From an uncultured archaeon (lineage in GTDB: Archaea; Asgardarchaeota; Lokiarchaeia; Sigyniarchaeales; SOKP01), in NCBI GenBank assembly GCA_964388035.1, contig CAYLZE010000005.1, positions 50,087-114,086 on the forward strand: DNA of 64,000 nucleotides, written 5' to 3'. Below, piece by piece: positions 1-10,772 of the stretch (the stretch's first letter is position 1; each line of letters begins with the position of its first letter). The translations under genes and the position numbers were made by a program. The notes under the pieces are model-generated. The model saw only the letters and a list, made by a program, of their open reading frames with translations, was not told the origin of the DNA and did no database searches.

Positions 1-2
1 AA

Positions 3-143
3 AAACATGGGATTGTATCCAAAGAAGAATTTATTAACAATCTTAAACAATTCAAGGGAATTCTAAAACCTGGTGAAGGTCAATCTTTATTAAAAGAAAT
101 GCGAAGGGAAGAGCTTGAGCGAGAAGAAAGGTTCACAAAATAA
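3..143 (+). CDS. 3' end of a probable antitoxin (VapB-like), truncated by the window edge
   Basis: Open frame KHGIVSKEEFINNLKQFKGILKPGEGQSLLKEMRREELEREERFTK* overlaps the start of the PIN gene, the usual TA arrangement. Not in the ORF track. Confidence 0.55.
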   Translation, partial: KHGIVSKEEFINNLKQFKGILKPGEGQSLLKEMRREELEREERFTK

Positions 144-552
144 TTCAATTATAGCAGATACTTCCGTTTTAATTGAATATCTTGAAGATACAGAGTTAGG
201 GAGGAAATTCTTTGACCAAGTATTATCAAATCCTCAGATAGAGAAATACTTTATTGCGCCCATTGTTGACACAGAATTAAAATATATTCTTTGTAGAAAA
301 ACTAGTTATGATGAGGCGGTTAAATCGGTTAATAAGTTTTTAAAAGATTTTATATTGTATCCGGAGGAAAATCTACGAGATGAAGCTGCAAAATTAAAAT
401 GCAACTTCGCGATTTCACTTGCAGTTTGTTATAGTATTGCTACTGCTATAGTATTAGATGGTCCCTTATATATTAAGAGACAAAGAGAAATTGAGAAAAT
501 TTTAGATGAATTAACTGAAATTGTTGATTTAAACTTTATTAATGATTTATAA
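115..552 (+). CDS. vapC: PIN-domain (VapC-like) toxin
   Basis: N-terminal IIADTSVLIEYL, internal TELKYIL, and SLA[V]CYSIATA (normally SLAD). Confidence 0.8.
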   Translation: MSEKKGSQNNSIIADTSVLIEYLEDTELGRKFFDQVLSNPQIEKYFIAPIVDTELKYILCRKTSYDEAVKSVNKFLKDFILYPEENLRDEAAKLKCNFAISLAVCYSIATAIVLDGPLYIKRQREIEKILDELTEIVDLNFINDL

Positions 553-867
553 TTTAAATGAATAGATATTTTAAATCAGAGATTTTATTCTAATATTTTT
601 AGGTTTTTGACAATTTTCCCAAATATTTAATCCTTAATTCCTCATAGAGACAAGATACTATTATATACGCTGGATACCTCGAAGAAATGAAAGGGGTATA
701 AAAAAATTGAAGTGAGGAGGACATTACATTAAAATTAATCTCTATAACTATTTCATTGCTGAAGTTGATCTTTACATTGAAATAAAGTTATCATATAAAA
801 ATAGAAAGGTCAAAAAGAATTTAAAAAAATGGTTATAGATCATAAGAAAAAGAATATTTGAATAATA

Positions 868-1596
868 ATGAAGTATCGAATAGGAGTGGACAGTTGTCCT
901 TCAGGGTGGATTTCTATTGCAAATGCATTGAGTCATGAAAAAGAGGTTCGGAATTTCAAAACTATCCAGCATTTGTGGGAGTTTTACAAGGACAAACCTC
1001 CAGAGCTCATTCTGATTGATATTCCAATAGGATTTGTTGAGCAAGGTTCCGAGCCAAGAACGTGCGACAAATTGGCGCGAAAGTATCTTACCCGTGCAAG
1101 ATCCTCTTCGATCTTTCCCGTCCCTTGCAGAGCTGCGATTTATGCAGATTCATATGAGCAAGCAAACGAAATAAATAGGCGGAAGACCGGAAAAGGTGTA
1201 TCAAAGCAGTCATGGAATATAACGGCAAAAATTCGGGAAATGGATAAATTATTACAGAATGAGCCCGAAGCGAGGGAAATTTTCATGGAAAGCATGCCCG
1301 AAGTTTGCTTTACCGCTTTAAATAACGATAATCCCATGGTTTTTTATAAGAAGAAGAAAGAAGGCATTCAAGAACGATTAAAGGTTTTAGAAATGAAAGG
1401 GAGCCTCCATAATTCTTTATTTCCTAAGATCATGAATCAATTTGAATCATCTCACGTGCAAGAAGATGATGTAGTAGATGCTTTAGTATTAAGTTTATCA
1501 GCGTCTCGAGGAGAAACAAGTTTGCGATTTTTACCTCCAAATTATGAAAAAGATGCTACTGGGCTTCCCATGCGTATTGCGTATCCCTCATTTTAA
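868..1596 (+). CDS. DUF429 family predicted nuclease (RNase H-like fold)
   Basis: IGVDSCPSGW, LIDIPIG, R.CD..AR, SSIFPVP, E..PE, DDVVDA motifs. Confidence 0.8.
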   Translation: MKYRIGVDSCPSGWISIANALSHEKEVRNFKTIQHLWEFYKDKPPELILIDIPIGFVEQGSEPRTCDKLARKYLTRARSSSIFPVPCRAAIYADSYEQANEINRRKTGKGVSKQSWNITAKIREMDKLLQNEPEAREIFMESMPEVCFTALNNDNPMVFYKKKKEGIQERLKVLEMKGSLHNSLFPKIMNQFESSHVQEDDVVDALVLSLSASRGETSLRFLPPNYEKDATGLPMRIAYPSF

Positions 1597-1817
1597 CATT
1601 CACTTTTGAATTCTTTAGTAGAAACTCATTCCAAAAAATCTTTTCTTGAATTGAACATGAAACATTAATATTAAAATAGAGTAGATTGGGAAACGAACAC
1701 TAAACCATTTTGATATCGCACATTTAGAAATTTGTGAAGAGAAAAAGATTAATATAGGAGTTCTTCTAAAACATAAATTAATAAAAATTTGATTATAGGA
1801 AATAAAAAATCAAGGTA

Positions 1818-3197
1818 GTGAATTATCCCATCATGGAAACTAAAAACGATAAAATCCATTCTTTTAAGGGGCATTTTTTCTATTCCTTAGGGGCGATACC
1901 GAGTTCTCTCCCATACAACATGATACAATCATTTTTTGTTTTTTTTTATACTATTCATGCGGGACTATCCTTGGAACTGGCGGGTTTAATATTAATATTC
2001 TATGGTATTTGGAATGCGATCAATGATCCGATATTTGGTTATTACATGGATAAGAAGAAATTTAAAAAATGGGGTCGTCGGGTTCCTTATATCGTGATTG
2101 GAACGATTCCAATGACGGGAGGGTTCATTTTTATCTGGTTCGCATCATTATTGACAAATGAGGTTGAAATTTTCTTCTTAGGATTAATCTCACTATTCTT
2201 TTTCGACCTAGGGTTTACTTTAGCCATGACTGCTTGGTCAGCACTCTATACGGAGATGTATGAGACAGCAAAAGAACGTGCCAGCGTGGTAGCACTAAAA
2301 GATTTTATTGCATTTCTTTCCGGGATGTTAGGCTTGCTTTTTCCTCCATTATTTGCGGCAGTGATGGGATGGCCTCTTGTAGGCGTTCTATTTGGCCTAA
2401 TGATCCCCGTGACCATGCTACTTTCCTTACTTGGCACGAAAGAAAAAAAGGAATACCAAATAGATGAGCCCTTGCCCGTTGTTAAAGCTTTCATGGAAAC
2501 AGTTAAAAATAAACCCTTCATGAACATCACGTTTACCTACGCCATGATTGATTTTTTTACGGGGTTAACTCTTACCGTCCTCCCTCTCTATGCTAAATTT
2601 ATTCTCCAAATGGATGAGAGTTTGGTGGGTTTTTCAGCGATAGGAATTGCATTAGCCTTATTGGTGAGCATTCCTTTTTGGAGATGGGTATATTCCAAAA
2701 AAGGTCCTAAATATGGACTATTATTAGCCTTTGGCATTTTTATTATCGGAATTTGGCCCATATCCCTTGCTCCCGATTTCATTACTTTCTTCTTGTTAAC
2801 TTTAATTCCAGGAGTAGGAGCAGGTGGTCTCATCATGACCGAACCTGCAATGTCCTGTGCAATTGATTATGATGAGTTAAGGATAGGAAAGAGACGGGAA
2901 GCGACTTATAACGGCATTTTAACCCTAATTGCCCGCTTATCGATAGTATTTTCAGGAGTGGCGTTGATTTCCGTGCAACTTTTAACGGGTTTTGATTCAA
3001 GTACCCCGATTCAGACCGAACAAACGTTATTTGGTTTAAGAGTGTTAGTCTCCTTAGTACCTCTCTTGGGAGCAGTCATTGGATTTTTGATATTCAGTAG
3101 ATTTCCAATCAATTATAAAGTATTCATGGAACAGCAAGCTAAATTAGAAGCTCTCCATGAAAAACGCTTGAAGGATTTAAAAAATCTTGATTCTTAA
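1818..3197 (+). CDS. MFS glycoside-pentoside-hexuronide (MelB/GPH) family transporter
   Basis: About 12 TM segments; WNAINDPIFG, WGRRVPY, IDYDELRIGKRREATY motifs. Confidence 0.85.
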   Translation: MNYPIMETKNDKIHSFKGHFFYSLGAIPSSLPYNMIQSFFVFFYTIHAGLSLELAGLILIFYGIWNAINDPIFGYYMDKKKFKKWGRRVPYIVIGTIPMTGGFIFIWFASLLTNEVEIFFLGLISLFFFDLGFTLAMTAWSALYTEMYETAKERASVVALKDFIAFLSGMLGLLFPPLFAAVMGWPLVGVLFGLMIPVTMLLSLLGTKEKKEYQIDEPLPVVKAFMETVKNKPFMNITFTYAMIDFFTGLTLTVLPLYAKFILQMDESLVGFSAIGIALALLVSIPFWRWVYSKKGPKYGLLLAFGIFIIGIWPISLAPDFITFFLLTLIPGVGAGGLIMTEPAMSCAIDYDELRIGKRREATYNGILTLIARLSIVFSGVALISVQLLTGFDSSTPIQTEQTLFGLRVLVSLVPLLGAVIGFLIFSRFPINYKVFMEQQAKLEALHEKRLKDLKNLDS

Positions 3198-3722
3198 AAT
3201 TAACTTTTTTTTTATTTATAAAGCATGGAAGTTGATTAAACACTAAAAATTACATTAAAAATTTCCATTCCGAGTTAGTAGAAGCAAATTTTAGTCGAGC
3301 ACTTTTTTTGATTTCCTTACTTAGTTTTGATTTTCGTAAGAGTATTTCTGACAAAATCAGACCTATACCCGCATGAGAAATGAAAGAGGAGATTTTCTTA
3401 TCCCTTCAATTGAGTATGATTTAGAAAGTTAAGAATTCGTTATTCAAAGATTTGTTGTTTATTATAATTAGGTATTTGTTATAAGGAAAGAATATTATCT
3501 TCCAATTCCTTCTATTTTACATGATGTTTATGTACCTCAACTATAACATCCATATTATCTCTTGCAGATTATCCTTTCTTTCTACATCGCAATTTTGATT
3601 ATTCTTCCAAATTTTTGTATATCAATTAGGATAATTGCCAAGATTATTTTAAATAATGAAAAGATTTTTTTTCCTTTGGTTATTTAAGAACTAAAATTTA
3701 CTAATCTTTCCTCTTGATCATA

Positions 3723-5669
3723 ATGGTTAAAAAAGACACCCGGTTTTTAAGTGAAACGGGTAAGGTTTTAATGTTAGGAAATGAAGCTTTAGTAAGGGGA
3801 AGCCTCGAAGCGGGTGTTTCCTATGTTTCTCAATATCCGGGAACCCCCACGAGCGATATAGGTGAGTATTTTCATCAAATATTGCGGGACCAACCCGAAG
3901 TAAAAGAATACATAGTTCATCAATGGGCAGTTAACGAAGCTGTAGCAACATCTTCTTGTGCGGGTGCAGCGTGGACGGGATGTCGCAGTTTGAATCCCAT
4001 GAAACACGTGGGACTAAACGTTGCCAGCGATGCATTGAGTGTAATTGCTCTCAATGGACCTAATCCTGGCGGAATGGTAATCGTAGTTGGAAGTGATCCC
4101 GGTTCTTTAGGGTCCCATCAAGAACAGAATGAGCGTTTTTATGGTTGGATGCTTCATCTTCCCAAAATTGAACCCCACACGCCCCAAGAATGCAAAGATT
4201 GGATTAAATTAGCTTTTGATCTTTCTGAAAAGCATGATTTGGTCATTGATTTTCGAACATCCACGAGAAGTGCCCATTCCAGGGGCTTCGTGGAACTTGG
4301 TCCTTTGAAAAGAGGCAAATCAAAAGGAGAATTTGTTCGAAACATCCCTAAGTATAATTCCTTGCCCCCTCATGCCATTAACAATCATAAAAGGTTATAT
4401 GAACGAATAGAAAAGTTAAGAAACGAAATTCCTTCTCTCAATCTCAATAAGATCCTTCCCGGAGATAATAGGACGGGTATTATCACCAGCGGAATACCGT
4501 ATGGATACACTTTAGAAGCTCTTAATCAATTATCATTAGATGATGTACCGGTCTTAAAATTAGGAATGATTTATCCCTTGAATTATAAAGAAATTTTGGA
4601 TTTCATGCAGGATTTGGACCGAGTCATAATAATCGAAGAATTGGAACCTTTTTTGGAAGTGAAGCTTGCTGAAATTGCTCAAAAAGAAAGGATTAACTTG
4701 AAAATAATAGGAAAAGAATTTTTTCCATCATATGATGAATTTTCCACGGGATTAGTCGCTTCTTGCTTAGCAAAGATATTTGAGAAAAAACCCAATGAAC
4801 AAATGCGCATTGCCACGGAATTATTTGATGAATATAAGAAAATTATACCCAGTCGCTTTCCTACCTTCTGTGCTGGGTGCCCAGAACGGGCTACCCTTTA
4901 TTCCATACTTAAAGCCACGGACAATTTAACCAATACCGTGGTATGTGGGGACATCGGATGTTATGTCATGTCCTTTTTTCCGCCTCAAGAATGCTCAGAT
5001 TTAATCATCTGCATGTCGGGGGGATTAAGTGCTGCGATTGGAATGTCTACCAAGACAGATCAAAAAGTTCTCGCCATGATCGGTGATTCTACCTTTTTTC
5101 ACACCGGAATGAGTCCTCTGGCAGAAGCCGTTGGATACAATTCCAACGTTCTCTTGATCATTTTTGAAAATTCTTGGACCGCTATGACGGGACATCAAAA
5201 CGATGTACTCCGCTATTTAAATACCCAAGGATTTTCAATTGAAAAAATCTGTAAAGCAATTGGAGTACAATGGTTAAAAGTAGAAGACTCCTATAATCCA
5301 AAGAGGTTAACCAAGACGATTGAAAGTGCTTTAGAATCAAAGGGGCTTAAGGTTATAATAATAAAAAGAGAATGCGGTTTACAAGCCCATAGATGGCGCA
5401 TGAGCCAGATTCGTGAATTAGAATCCCAAAATAAGAAATATCAAGAAGTAATATATCAAATATATGGATGCCAAGTCTGCCATGAATGCAGCAGAATCCT
5501 TAGCTGTCCTGCAATTAGACGAGTTACGGTAGACGGGAGAGAAACCATGCAAATTGACCAAGACAGATGCATTAAATGTGGCGTTTGCTATGAGATCTGC
5601 CCCAATAAAGCCATTCATAAATCTACTATCAATGCATTGGAAGAAGAGGTGCCTTTTCGTGAAATTTAA
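3723..5669 (+). CDS. iorA: Indolepyruvate:ferredoxin oxidoreductase subunit alpha
   Basis: LGNEALVRG, YPGTPTSDI, MKHVGLNVASD, FCAGCP, GDIGCY, TPP motif GDSTFFH...N, C-terminal ferredoxin. Confidence 0.92.
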   Translation: MVKKDTRFLSETGKVLMLGNEALVRGSLEAGVSYVSQYPGTPTSDIGEYFHQILRDQPEVKEYIVHQWAVNEAVATSSCAGAAWTGCRSLNPMKHVGLNVASDALSVIALNGPNPGGMVIVVGSDPGSLGSHQEQNERFYGWMLHLPKIEPHTPQECKDWIKLAFDLSEKHDLVIDFRTSTRSAHSRGFVELGPLKRGKSKGEFVRNIPKYNSLPPHAINNHKRLYERIEKLRNEIPSLNLNKILPGDNRTGIITSGIPYGYTLEALNQLSLDDVPVLKLGMIYPLNYKEILDFMQDLDRVIIIEELEPFLEVKLAEIAQKERINLKIIGKEFFPSYDEFSTGLVASCLAKIFEKKPNEQMRIATELFDEYKKIIPSRFPTFCAGCPERATLYSILKATDNLTNTVVCGDIGCYVMSFFPPQECSDLIICMSGGLSAAIGMSTKTDQKVLAMIGDSTFFHTGMSPLAEAVGYNSNVLLIIFENSWTAMTGHQNDVLRYLNTQGFSIEKICKAIGVQWLKVEDSYNPKRLTKTIESALESKGLKVIIIKRECGLQAHRWRMSQIRELESQNKKYQEVIYQIYGCQVCHECSRILSCPAIRRVTVDGRETMQIDQDRCIKCGVCYEICPNKAIHKSTINALEEEVPFREI

Positions 5670-5727
5670 GGAAAATAAAATATTATTAAACATGGTGTCT
5701 GGCTTGTCGAAGGTGAGTAGTTAATTC

Positions 5728-6378
5728 ATGACGTCTAATCAAAATGATATTGTAAATTTAGTTATCGCTGGTACTGCAGGTCAAGGGGTCATTACCCTTA
5801 AACGATTAATAGAATTTGCTGCTCAGAAGGCGGGCGTGGATCGAATCTTCGGCAGTGAGATGCATGGGTTAGCGCAACGCGAAGGCTCCATTACCAGCCA
5901 TACCAGGTATCAGATGAAAATTTTTGCTAATGAGAGAAAAAATCTACAATCGCCCTTGATCAGTTATGGAGATGCTGATTTATTCATATGCCTTGAGCCC
6001 GTGGAAGCCTTGAGAAGAGGAATATATGCTTCCCATAAAACCATGTTTGTATTGAATGAACGCACCATCCCTCCCATCTTGATCACGGCAGATTTGGAAG
6101 AATATCCTCCGTTAGAAAAAATAGGTTCGATTCTGGGCAAGTATTCATCCCAAGTTTATTTCATGAATGCCACGGATTTAGCTTTAAAATTTTTCAGTTC
6201 GAATCAAATGGTCAATATCATCATGTTAGGGTTTGCAATTGCGACGGATAAACTGCCCTTCATAAAAATTGAACATTACGAACAAGTTATTGAAGAATGG
6301 CTCCGAGATCCCGATGATAACATTAAAGCATTGCACATGGGGATTGAAAAAGGAAAGGAAATCGTTAATTCTTTTTAA
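5728..6378 (+). CDS. iorB: Indolepyruvate:ferredoxin oxidoreductase subunit beta
   Basis: AGTAGQGVI, SEMHGLAQREGS, LEPVEALR; follows iorA. Confidence 0.9.
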   Translation: MTSNQNDIVNLVIAGTAGQGVITLKRLIEFAAQKAGVDRIFGSEMHGLAQREGSITSHTRYQMKIFANERKNLQSPLISYGDADLFICLEPVEALRRGIYASHKTMFVLNERTIPPILITADLEEYPPLEKIGSILGKYSSQVYFMNATDLALKFFSSNQMVNIIMLGFAIATDKLPFIKIEHYEQVIEEWLRDPDDNIKALHMGIEKGKEIVNSF

Positions 6379-6484
6379 TCTCTCGATTTAAAAGAGAATA
6401 AATTGCGATAATAGAAAAAAAGAGAGGTTTTCTTCTAGTAATTTTACTGTGAATTATTTAGTAATTATTGATTAGTAATCTTCT

Positions 6485-7009
6485 TCATGCTCTTTTGATA
6501 ACTTTCACTAAACCCTTATCCCGTAATTTATCCATCATTTTTTCGATTTCTTCCAGGCTTTTTTTAGCAATTTCCGCCACTTGCTCTATGGTATTCATGC
6601 CATCACATATTTTTAACACGACATATTCATCTTGGGTTATCATGCCTAAATTTACGCTCATGACGGGGATATCTTTAACTACAATAGGGATGCGCACTTC
6701 TCCACTGGGAGTGGCGGCTTCAAATTCTTCCATGCTGGGGGATTCACCAAAAAAACTCTTCACTCCCGTCACGTTAAAATCTTGATTAATATATACGTAC
6801 AAGGTATGCTCCTTAACCGAGGGATCATCAGGATCCTCAAGATCAGGATACGGATTCACGTGAGAATATTCCTTGGTGTAAATGCCTGTTTCTAATCCGT
6901 TAAGGATCTCGTCCTTATCAACCCTAATCTCAATATGCTCCTTGCAAATATCGCACCATGTCCATATTTGTACAAATCGGAAATAATTTTTTACTTTATT
7001 CTCTGGCAT
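6485..7009 (-). CDS. Hypothetical protein with N-terminal CxxC and C-terminal winged helix
   Basis: CDIC motif; C-terminal CDGMNTIEQVAE...LRDKGLVKV wHTH pattern. Confidence 0.65.
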   Translation of the reverse strand: MPENKVKNYFRFVQIWTWCDICKEHIEIRVDKDEILNGLETGIYTKEYSHVNPYPDLEDPDDPSVKEHTLYVYINQDFNVTGVKSFFGESPSMEEFEAATPSGEVRIPIVVKDIPVMSVNLGMITQDEYVVLKICDGMNTIEQVAEIAKKSLEEIEKMMDKLRDKGLVKVIKRA

Positions 7010-7250
7010 TAAAAAGACCTACTTTATAATTAAATATTTTCCCTTAAAGACTGAGGAAATGTTAAATAAATTTAAAATGAATATTACAACCTATATACAA
7101 CATATGATACTTTAGAATTTAAAGATTTGTTGAAAATGGAAAGAATGGTCATGAAAATGGAACTATCTCTTGAATTTTTGGTAGACGAAAAAAATTAAAG
7201 TCATCAAAAATTAGAATCACTAATATTATCATTTAGTAATAGCTGAAATA

Positions 7251-7424
7251 ATGTCAGTAAAAAAGAACACGTGCTTATCTTGTGGTCATCCGATCGCCCC
7301 ATATGAAAATGCTGTTCATTTTCCCTGTCCAAATTGTGGAGATGTTACTATATGGCGTTGTGAGCGCTGTAGGATCATGGGGAAAACGTATAAATGTTTG
7401 AAATGCGATTTTGAAGGACCATAA
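7251..7424 (+). CDS. Zn-ribbon protein (DUF1610/HVO_2753-like), 57 aa, not in ORF track
   Basis: [57 protein letters not shown]; four CxxC motifs, ends FEGP, and lies upstream of aEF-1beta as is typical in archaea. Confidence 0.9.
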   Translation: MSVKKNTCLSCGHPIAPYENAVHFPCPNCGDVTIWRCERCRIMGKTYKCLKCDFEGP

Positions 7425-7462
7425 TTGCGTGAAAGTCACAATAATAAAAGGAGTTGCAAGTA

Positions 7463-7729
7463 ATGGGAGAATATATGGCTTTAATCGATATGATCCCCGA
7501 GGATATTGATACCGATTTCGATGTGCTTATCGAAGAGGTGAAAAAAGTGATTCCCGAGTCTTGCACGCTCGAGCGCCATGATATCATGCCAGTGGCGTTT
7601 GGCTTGAAGAAAGTAAGGCTCCGGATACGCTATCCCGAAGAATGGGGAGGAACCGAAAAATTAGAAGAATATTTGAACACTATAGAAGGGTTACAGGGAG
7701 TAGAAGCTATTGCTTTTTCGAAAGCTTGA
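7463..7729 (+). CDS. ef1b: Archaeal translation elongation factor 1-beta
   Basis: MIPEDIDTD...PVAFGLKK...GGTEKLEE...IEGLQGVE; SD AAGGAG upstream. Confidence 0.9.
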   Translation: MGEYMALIDMIPEDIDTDFDVLIEEVKKVIPESCTLERHDIMPVAFGLKKVRLRIRYPEEWGGTEKLEEYLNTIEGLQGVEAIAFSKA

Positions 7730-7993
7730 ATGATTGAGGGCTTTCTTATTCCCAATTTAGTTGCTAAATTTTTATGGAATTAAAAATGAACGCTTTTCTT
7801 TTTCCTTTTTCAATATCATGTATTTTTAGACCTTTTTAAAAGAAGAATCTTTTTATTAAGGGTTAGAGATTTTATTTCGGATGAATAAATAGATTTTAAA
7901 ATTCATGCTGTTTAATAGCTAAAAATTACAAGAATTCTGGAGCAAAATGAAGGTAAAAGCAAAGAAATAATATAATATTAAATATTCAAATGT

Positions 7994-8785
7994 TTACAGT
8001 CTCTTTTTAAGTGTCTTTTTATGGATGAAGAAGGATAAGAAGAGAAATCCCAGCCCAAATCCAATCATCACTAGAAAATCAATTAAAAGTCCGTAAATAC
8101 CAAATGCACTGGAATCACCTAATCCCACGTTAATCATATCAATGAAGTAAGAGAGAGGTGAAAGGAGAGTCACGGGAGTGATTGTAATCGGCTCAAAGAG
8201 AGGACTAATAAAAATGAGAGGAAATTTAATGACAGTAGTTAATATATTCACATATCCCGGATTTTCCGTTGGAGGAGTGGAAAGAATGAGACTAAAGCTT
8301 GAAAAAGCAAGTGCTCCAATAAACATTCCGATTAGAACAATTATAAAACCTAAAGAAAAGGAAAGGGAGAAAATAATCATTCCTAAGAACAAGGGAACGA
8401 AAGAGAACATGAATCCATAGCTAAATGAACTCCAAACACATCCCAATAGAATAGTTTTAATTGAGATAGGACAGGTAATTAATCTCTCCAGCGTTTTTCT
8501 CATGGTTTCCCAGGGAAAAATTACGGGTCCTATGGAGGTGGAAGTCAAGAACAAGACCATGGTTATTAGTCCAGAGATCATGTGGATCGGTTGAACTACT
8601 CGTCCGATGACAAAAGCAAAAAATAAGATCACGGGAAAAATTATTCCCTGCATCAGCACGGGGGGTTTATTGTAATAAATTCTGGTGTAAAGCCCTGAAA
8701 TATAGAAGGATTTCCTAAATTGCGTCCAGAAATTTTGAATTTTTGAAATGTTTTCAAACATTGATTCTTCTTTAATCTTTTCCAC
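7994..8785 (-). CDS. ABC-2 type exporter permease (copy 1)
   Basis: 6 TM segments; WE...TLERLITCPIS, KFPLIFISP, SPLSYFID. Confidence 0.88.
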   Translation of the reverse strand: MEKIKEESMFENISKIQNFWTQFRKSFYISGLYTRIYYNKPPVLMQGIIFPVILFFAFVIGRVVQPIHMISGLITMVLFLTSTSIGPVIFPWETMRKTLERLITCPISIKTILLGCVWSSFSYGFMFSFVPLFLGMIIFSLSFSLGFIIVLIGMFIGALAFSSFSLILSTPPTENPGYVNILTTVIKFPLIFISPLFEPITITPVTLLSPLSYFIDMINVGLGDSSAFGIYGLLIDFLVMIGFGLGFLFLSFFIHKKTLKKRL

Positions 8786-9761
8786 CTCTTTCTATGATGG
8801 TTAAAAAAACTTCCTCTAGTTTTGGAATGTGGTTATTTATTTGTTTTATCTTTAACTGGTTTCGAGTTGCAAATTCAACGATATTACACACGGCAATATC
8901 AATTTCTTTAACTATAACCTGATAACTATCTTCATCTTTTTGGATTTTTATCACCGAAGGCATGTTTTTTAATTCTTCTTCGTTAACCCTCCCTTCGAAA
9001 TTTAGAATAATAGCTTGATATTCTTGGGTTAATCTGCGCAAGTTTGCAGGAGTATCCAAGCTAATGATCTTGCCGTGATCGATGATGGCGATTCTATCAC
9101 AGAGCTCATTGGCAACCTCCATGTCGTGCGTGGTTATAAAAATAGTCATTCCTTCACTATTATATTCCTTTATTAATTGCTTTATAATTTTAGCACTTTG
9201 AACATCCAAGCCCGAAGTGGGTTCATCCAGAAATAAAATTTTCGGCCCGCTCATTAAGGCCATGCAAAGCAATAACCTCTGTTTCATCCCTTTTGAGTAT
9301 TTTTTTGCCGTGAGGTTTTTTTTCTCGAACAATTCAAACTTTTTTAATAATTCTTCCGCTTTTTTATTCCTCTCTTTCTTTTCCATTCCATACAATGAAC
9401 CTATGAATGTCAGATTTTGGATTCCCGACAATTCTAAATATACATTTGCCATTTCGGGAACGTTACCCGTGATTTGCTTTACCTGTATGGGATGTTGCCA
9501 CATATCATTGCCAAATACATTAATTTTGCCCTTAGTAGGTTCTAAAACCCCCGTCAACATTCGAATCGTGGTGGTCTTTCCCGCTCCATTCGGACCCAGA
9601 AATCCAAATATCTCTCCCGTTTTTACTTCAAAATTAATATCATCCACAGCTCGAATTGCCATTTTTGTGCCATCTGAAGGTTTTCCCCACTTCAATCCTT
9701 TTCTTTCTCGTTTTGGGGTATCAAAATACTTGCATAGACCGCTTACTTCAATCGCATTCAC
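8772..9761 (-). CDS. ABC exporter ATP-binding protein (DrrA/NodI-like, copy 1)
   Basis: Walker A GPNGAGKTT, signature YSKGMKQR, Walker B LFLDEP. Confidence 0.92.
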   Translation of the reverse strand: MNAIEVSGLCKYFDTPKRERKGLKWGKPSDGTKMAIRAVDDINFEVKTGEIFGFLGPNGAGKTTTIRMLTGVLEPTKGKINVFGNDMWQHPIQVKQITGNVPEMANVYLELSGIQNLTFIGSLYGMEKKERNKKAEELLKKFELFEKKNLTAKKYSKGMKQRLLLCMALMSGPKILFLDEPTSGLDVQSAKIIKQLIKEYNSEGMTIFITTHDMEVANELCDRIAIIDHGKIISLDTPANLRRLTQEYQAIILNFEGRVNEEELKNMPSVIKIQKDEDSYQVIVKEIDIAVCNIVEFATRNQLKIKQINNHIPKLEEVFLTIIERGGKD

Positions 9762-9980
9762 TTAATTCACCAAGTAAATAAATGAAATTTTTTTATATAT
9801 AATTTTAATATTTAATATACGATTATTCTTACTAGACATAACGCTAGATCAAGTTTATTCTTTTCTCAAAACATGTCTTTACAGAAATGTAGAATACATT
9901 TATAAAGTGATTACATTGAAATTAAGAGAATAAGATTTAATAAAATATAGAAAAAAAAAAGATATTTAAAATACCACTAG

Positions 9981-10772
9981 TTATAATCTTCTTTTAATTG
10001 TTATTTTATGGATGAAGAAGGATAAGAAAAGGAATCCAAAGCCAAATGCGATTACTACCGCAAAATCGATTAATAAACCGAAATTACCAAATGCGCTAAC
10101 CTCTCCAAATCCCACGTTAATGATATCAATGAAATAAGTTAAGGGCGAAAGTAAAGTAGCGGGAGTAATCGTTATTGGAGTGAAGAGAGGACTAATAAAT
10201 ATTAGGGGAAATTTAATTAGAACTGTTAAGAGCATGGTATTTCCGGGAGTGTCCGTTGGAGGAGTAGAGAGAATTAGACTGAAGCTTGAAAAGGCTAATG
10301 CACCGATAAACATTCCTATAATAATAATTACGAAACTGGGAGGAAAAGGAATAGAGAAAAAAATCATTCCTAAGAACAATGGTATAAAAGAGAAAGCAAA
10401 TCCATAAACAAAAGAACTCCAAACGCATCCCATTAGGATTGTCTTTATCGAGATAGGACAGGTGATTAATCTCTCCAGCGTTTTTCTTCCGGTTTCCCAG
10501 GGGAAAATTACGGGTCCTATGGAGGTGGAAGTCAAGAACAGGACCATGGTTATTAATCCAGAAACTATGTGAACTGGTTGAATCACTCTCCCAATAATGA
10601 AGGCAAAGAACAACATTATTGGGAATAATATTCCTTGGATCAGCACGGGAGGTTTATTATAATAAATTCGAACATAAGTCATTGAAATATAGAACGACCT
10701 TTTTAATTGCATCCATAAACCTCGTAATTTTGAAATATTTTCAAACATTGATTCTTCTTTAATCTTTTCCAC
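9981..10772 (-). CDS. ABC-2 type exporter permease (copy 2)
   Basis: Paralog of 7994..8785. Confidence 0.88.
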   Translation of the reverse strand: MEKIKEESMFENISKLRGLWMQLKRSFYISMTYVRIYYNKPPVLIQGILFPIMLFFAFIIGRVIQPVHIVSGLITMVLFLTSTSIGPVIFPWETGRKTLERLITCPISIKTILMGCVWSSFVYGFAFSFIPLFLGMIFFSIPFPPSFVIIIIGMFIGALAFSSFSLILSTPPTDTPGNTMLLTVLIKFPLIFISPLFTPITITPATLLSPLTYFIDIINVGFGEVSAFGNFGLLIDFAVVIAFGFGFLFLSFFIHKITIKRRL

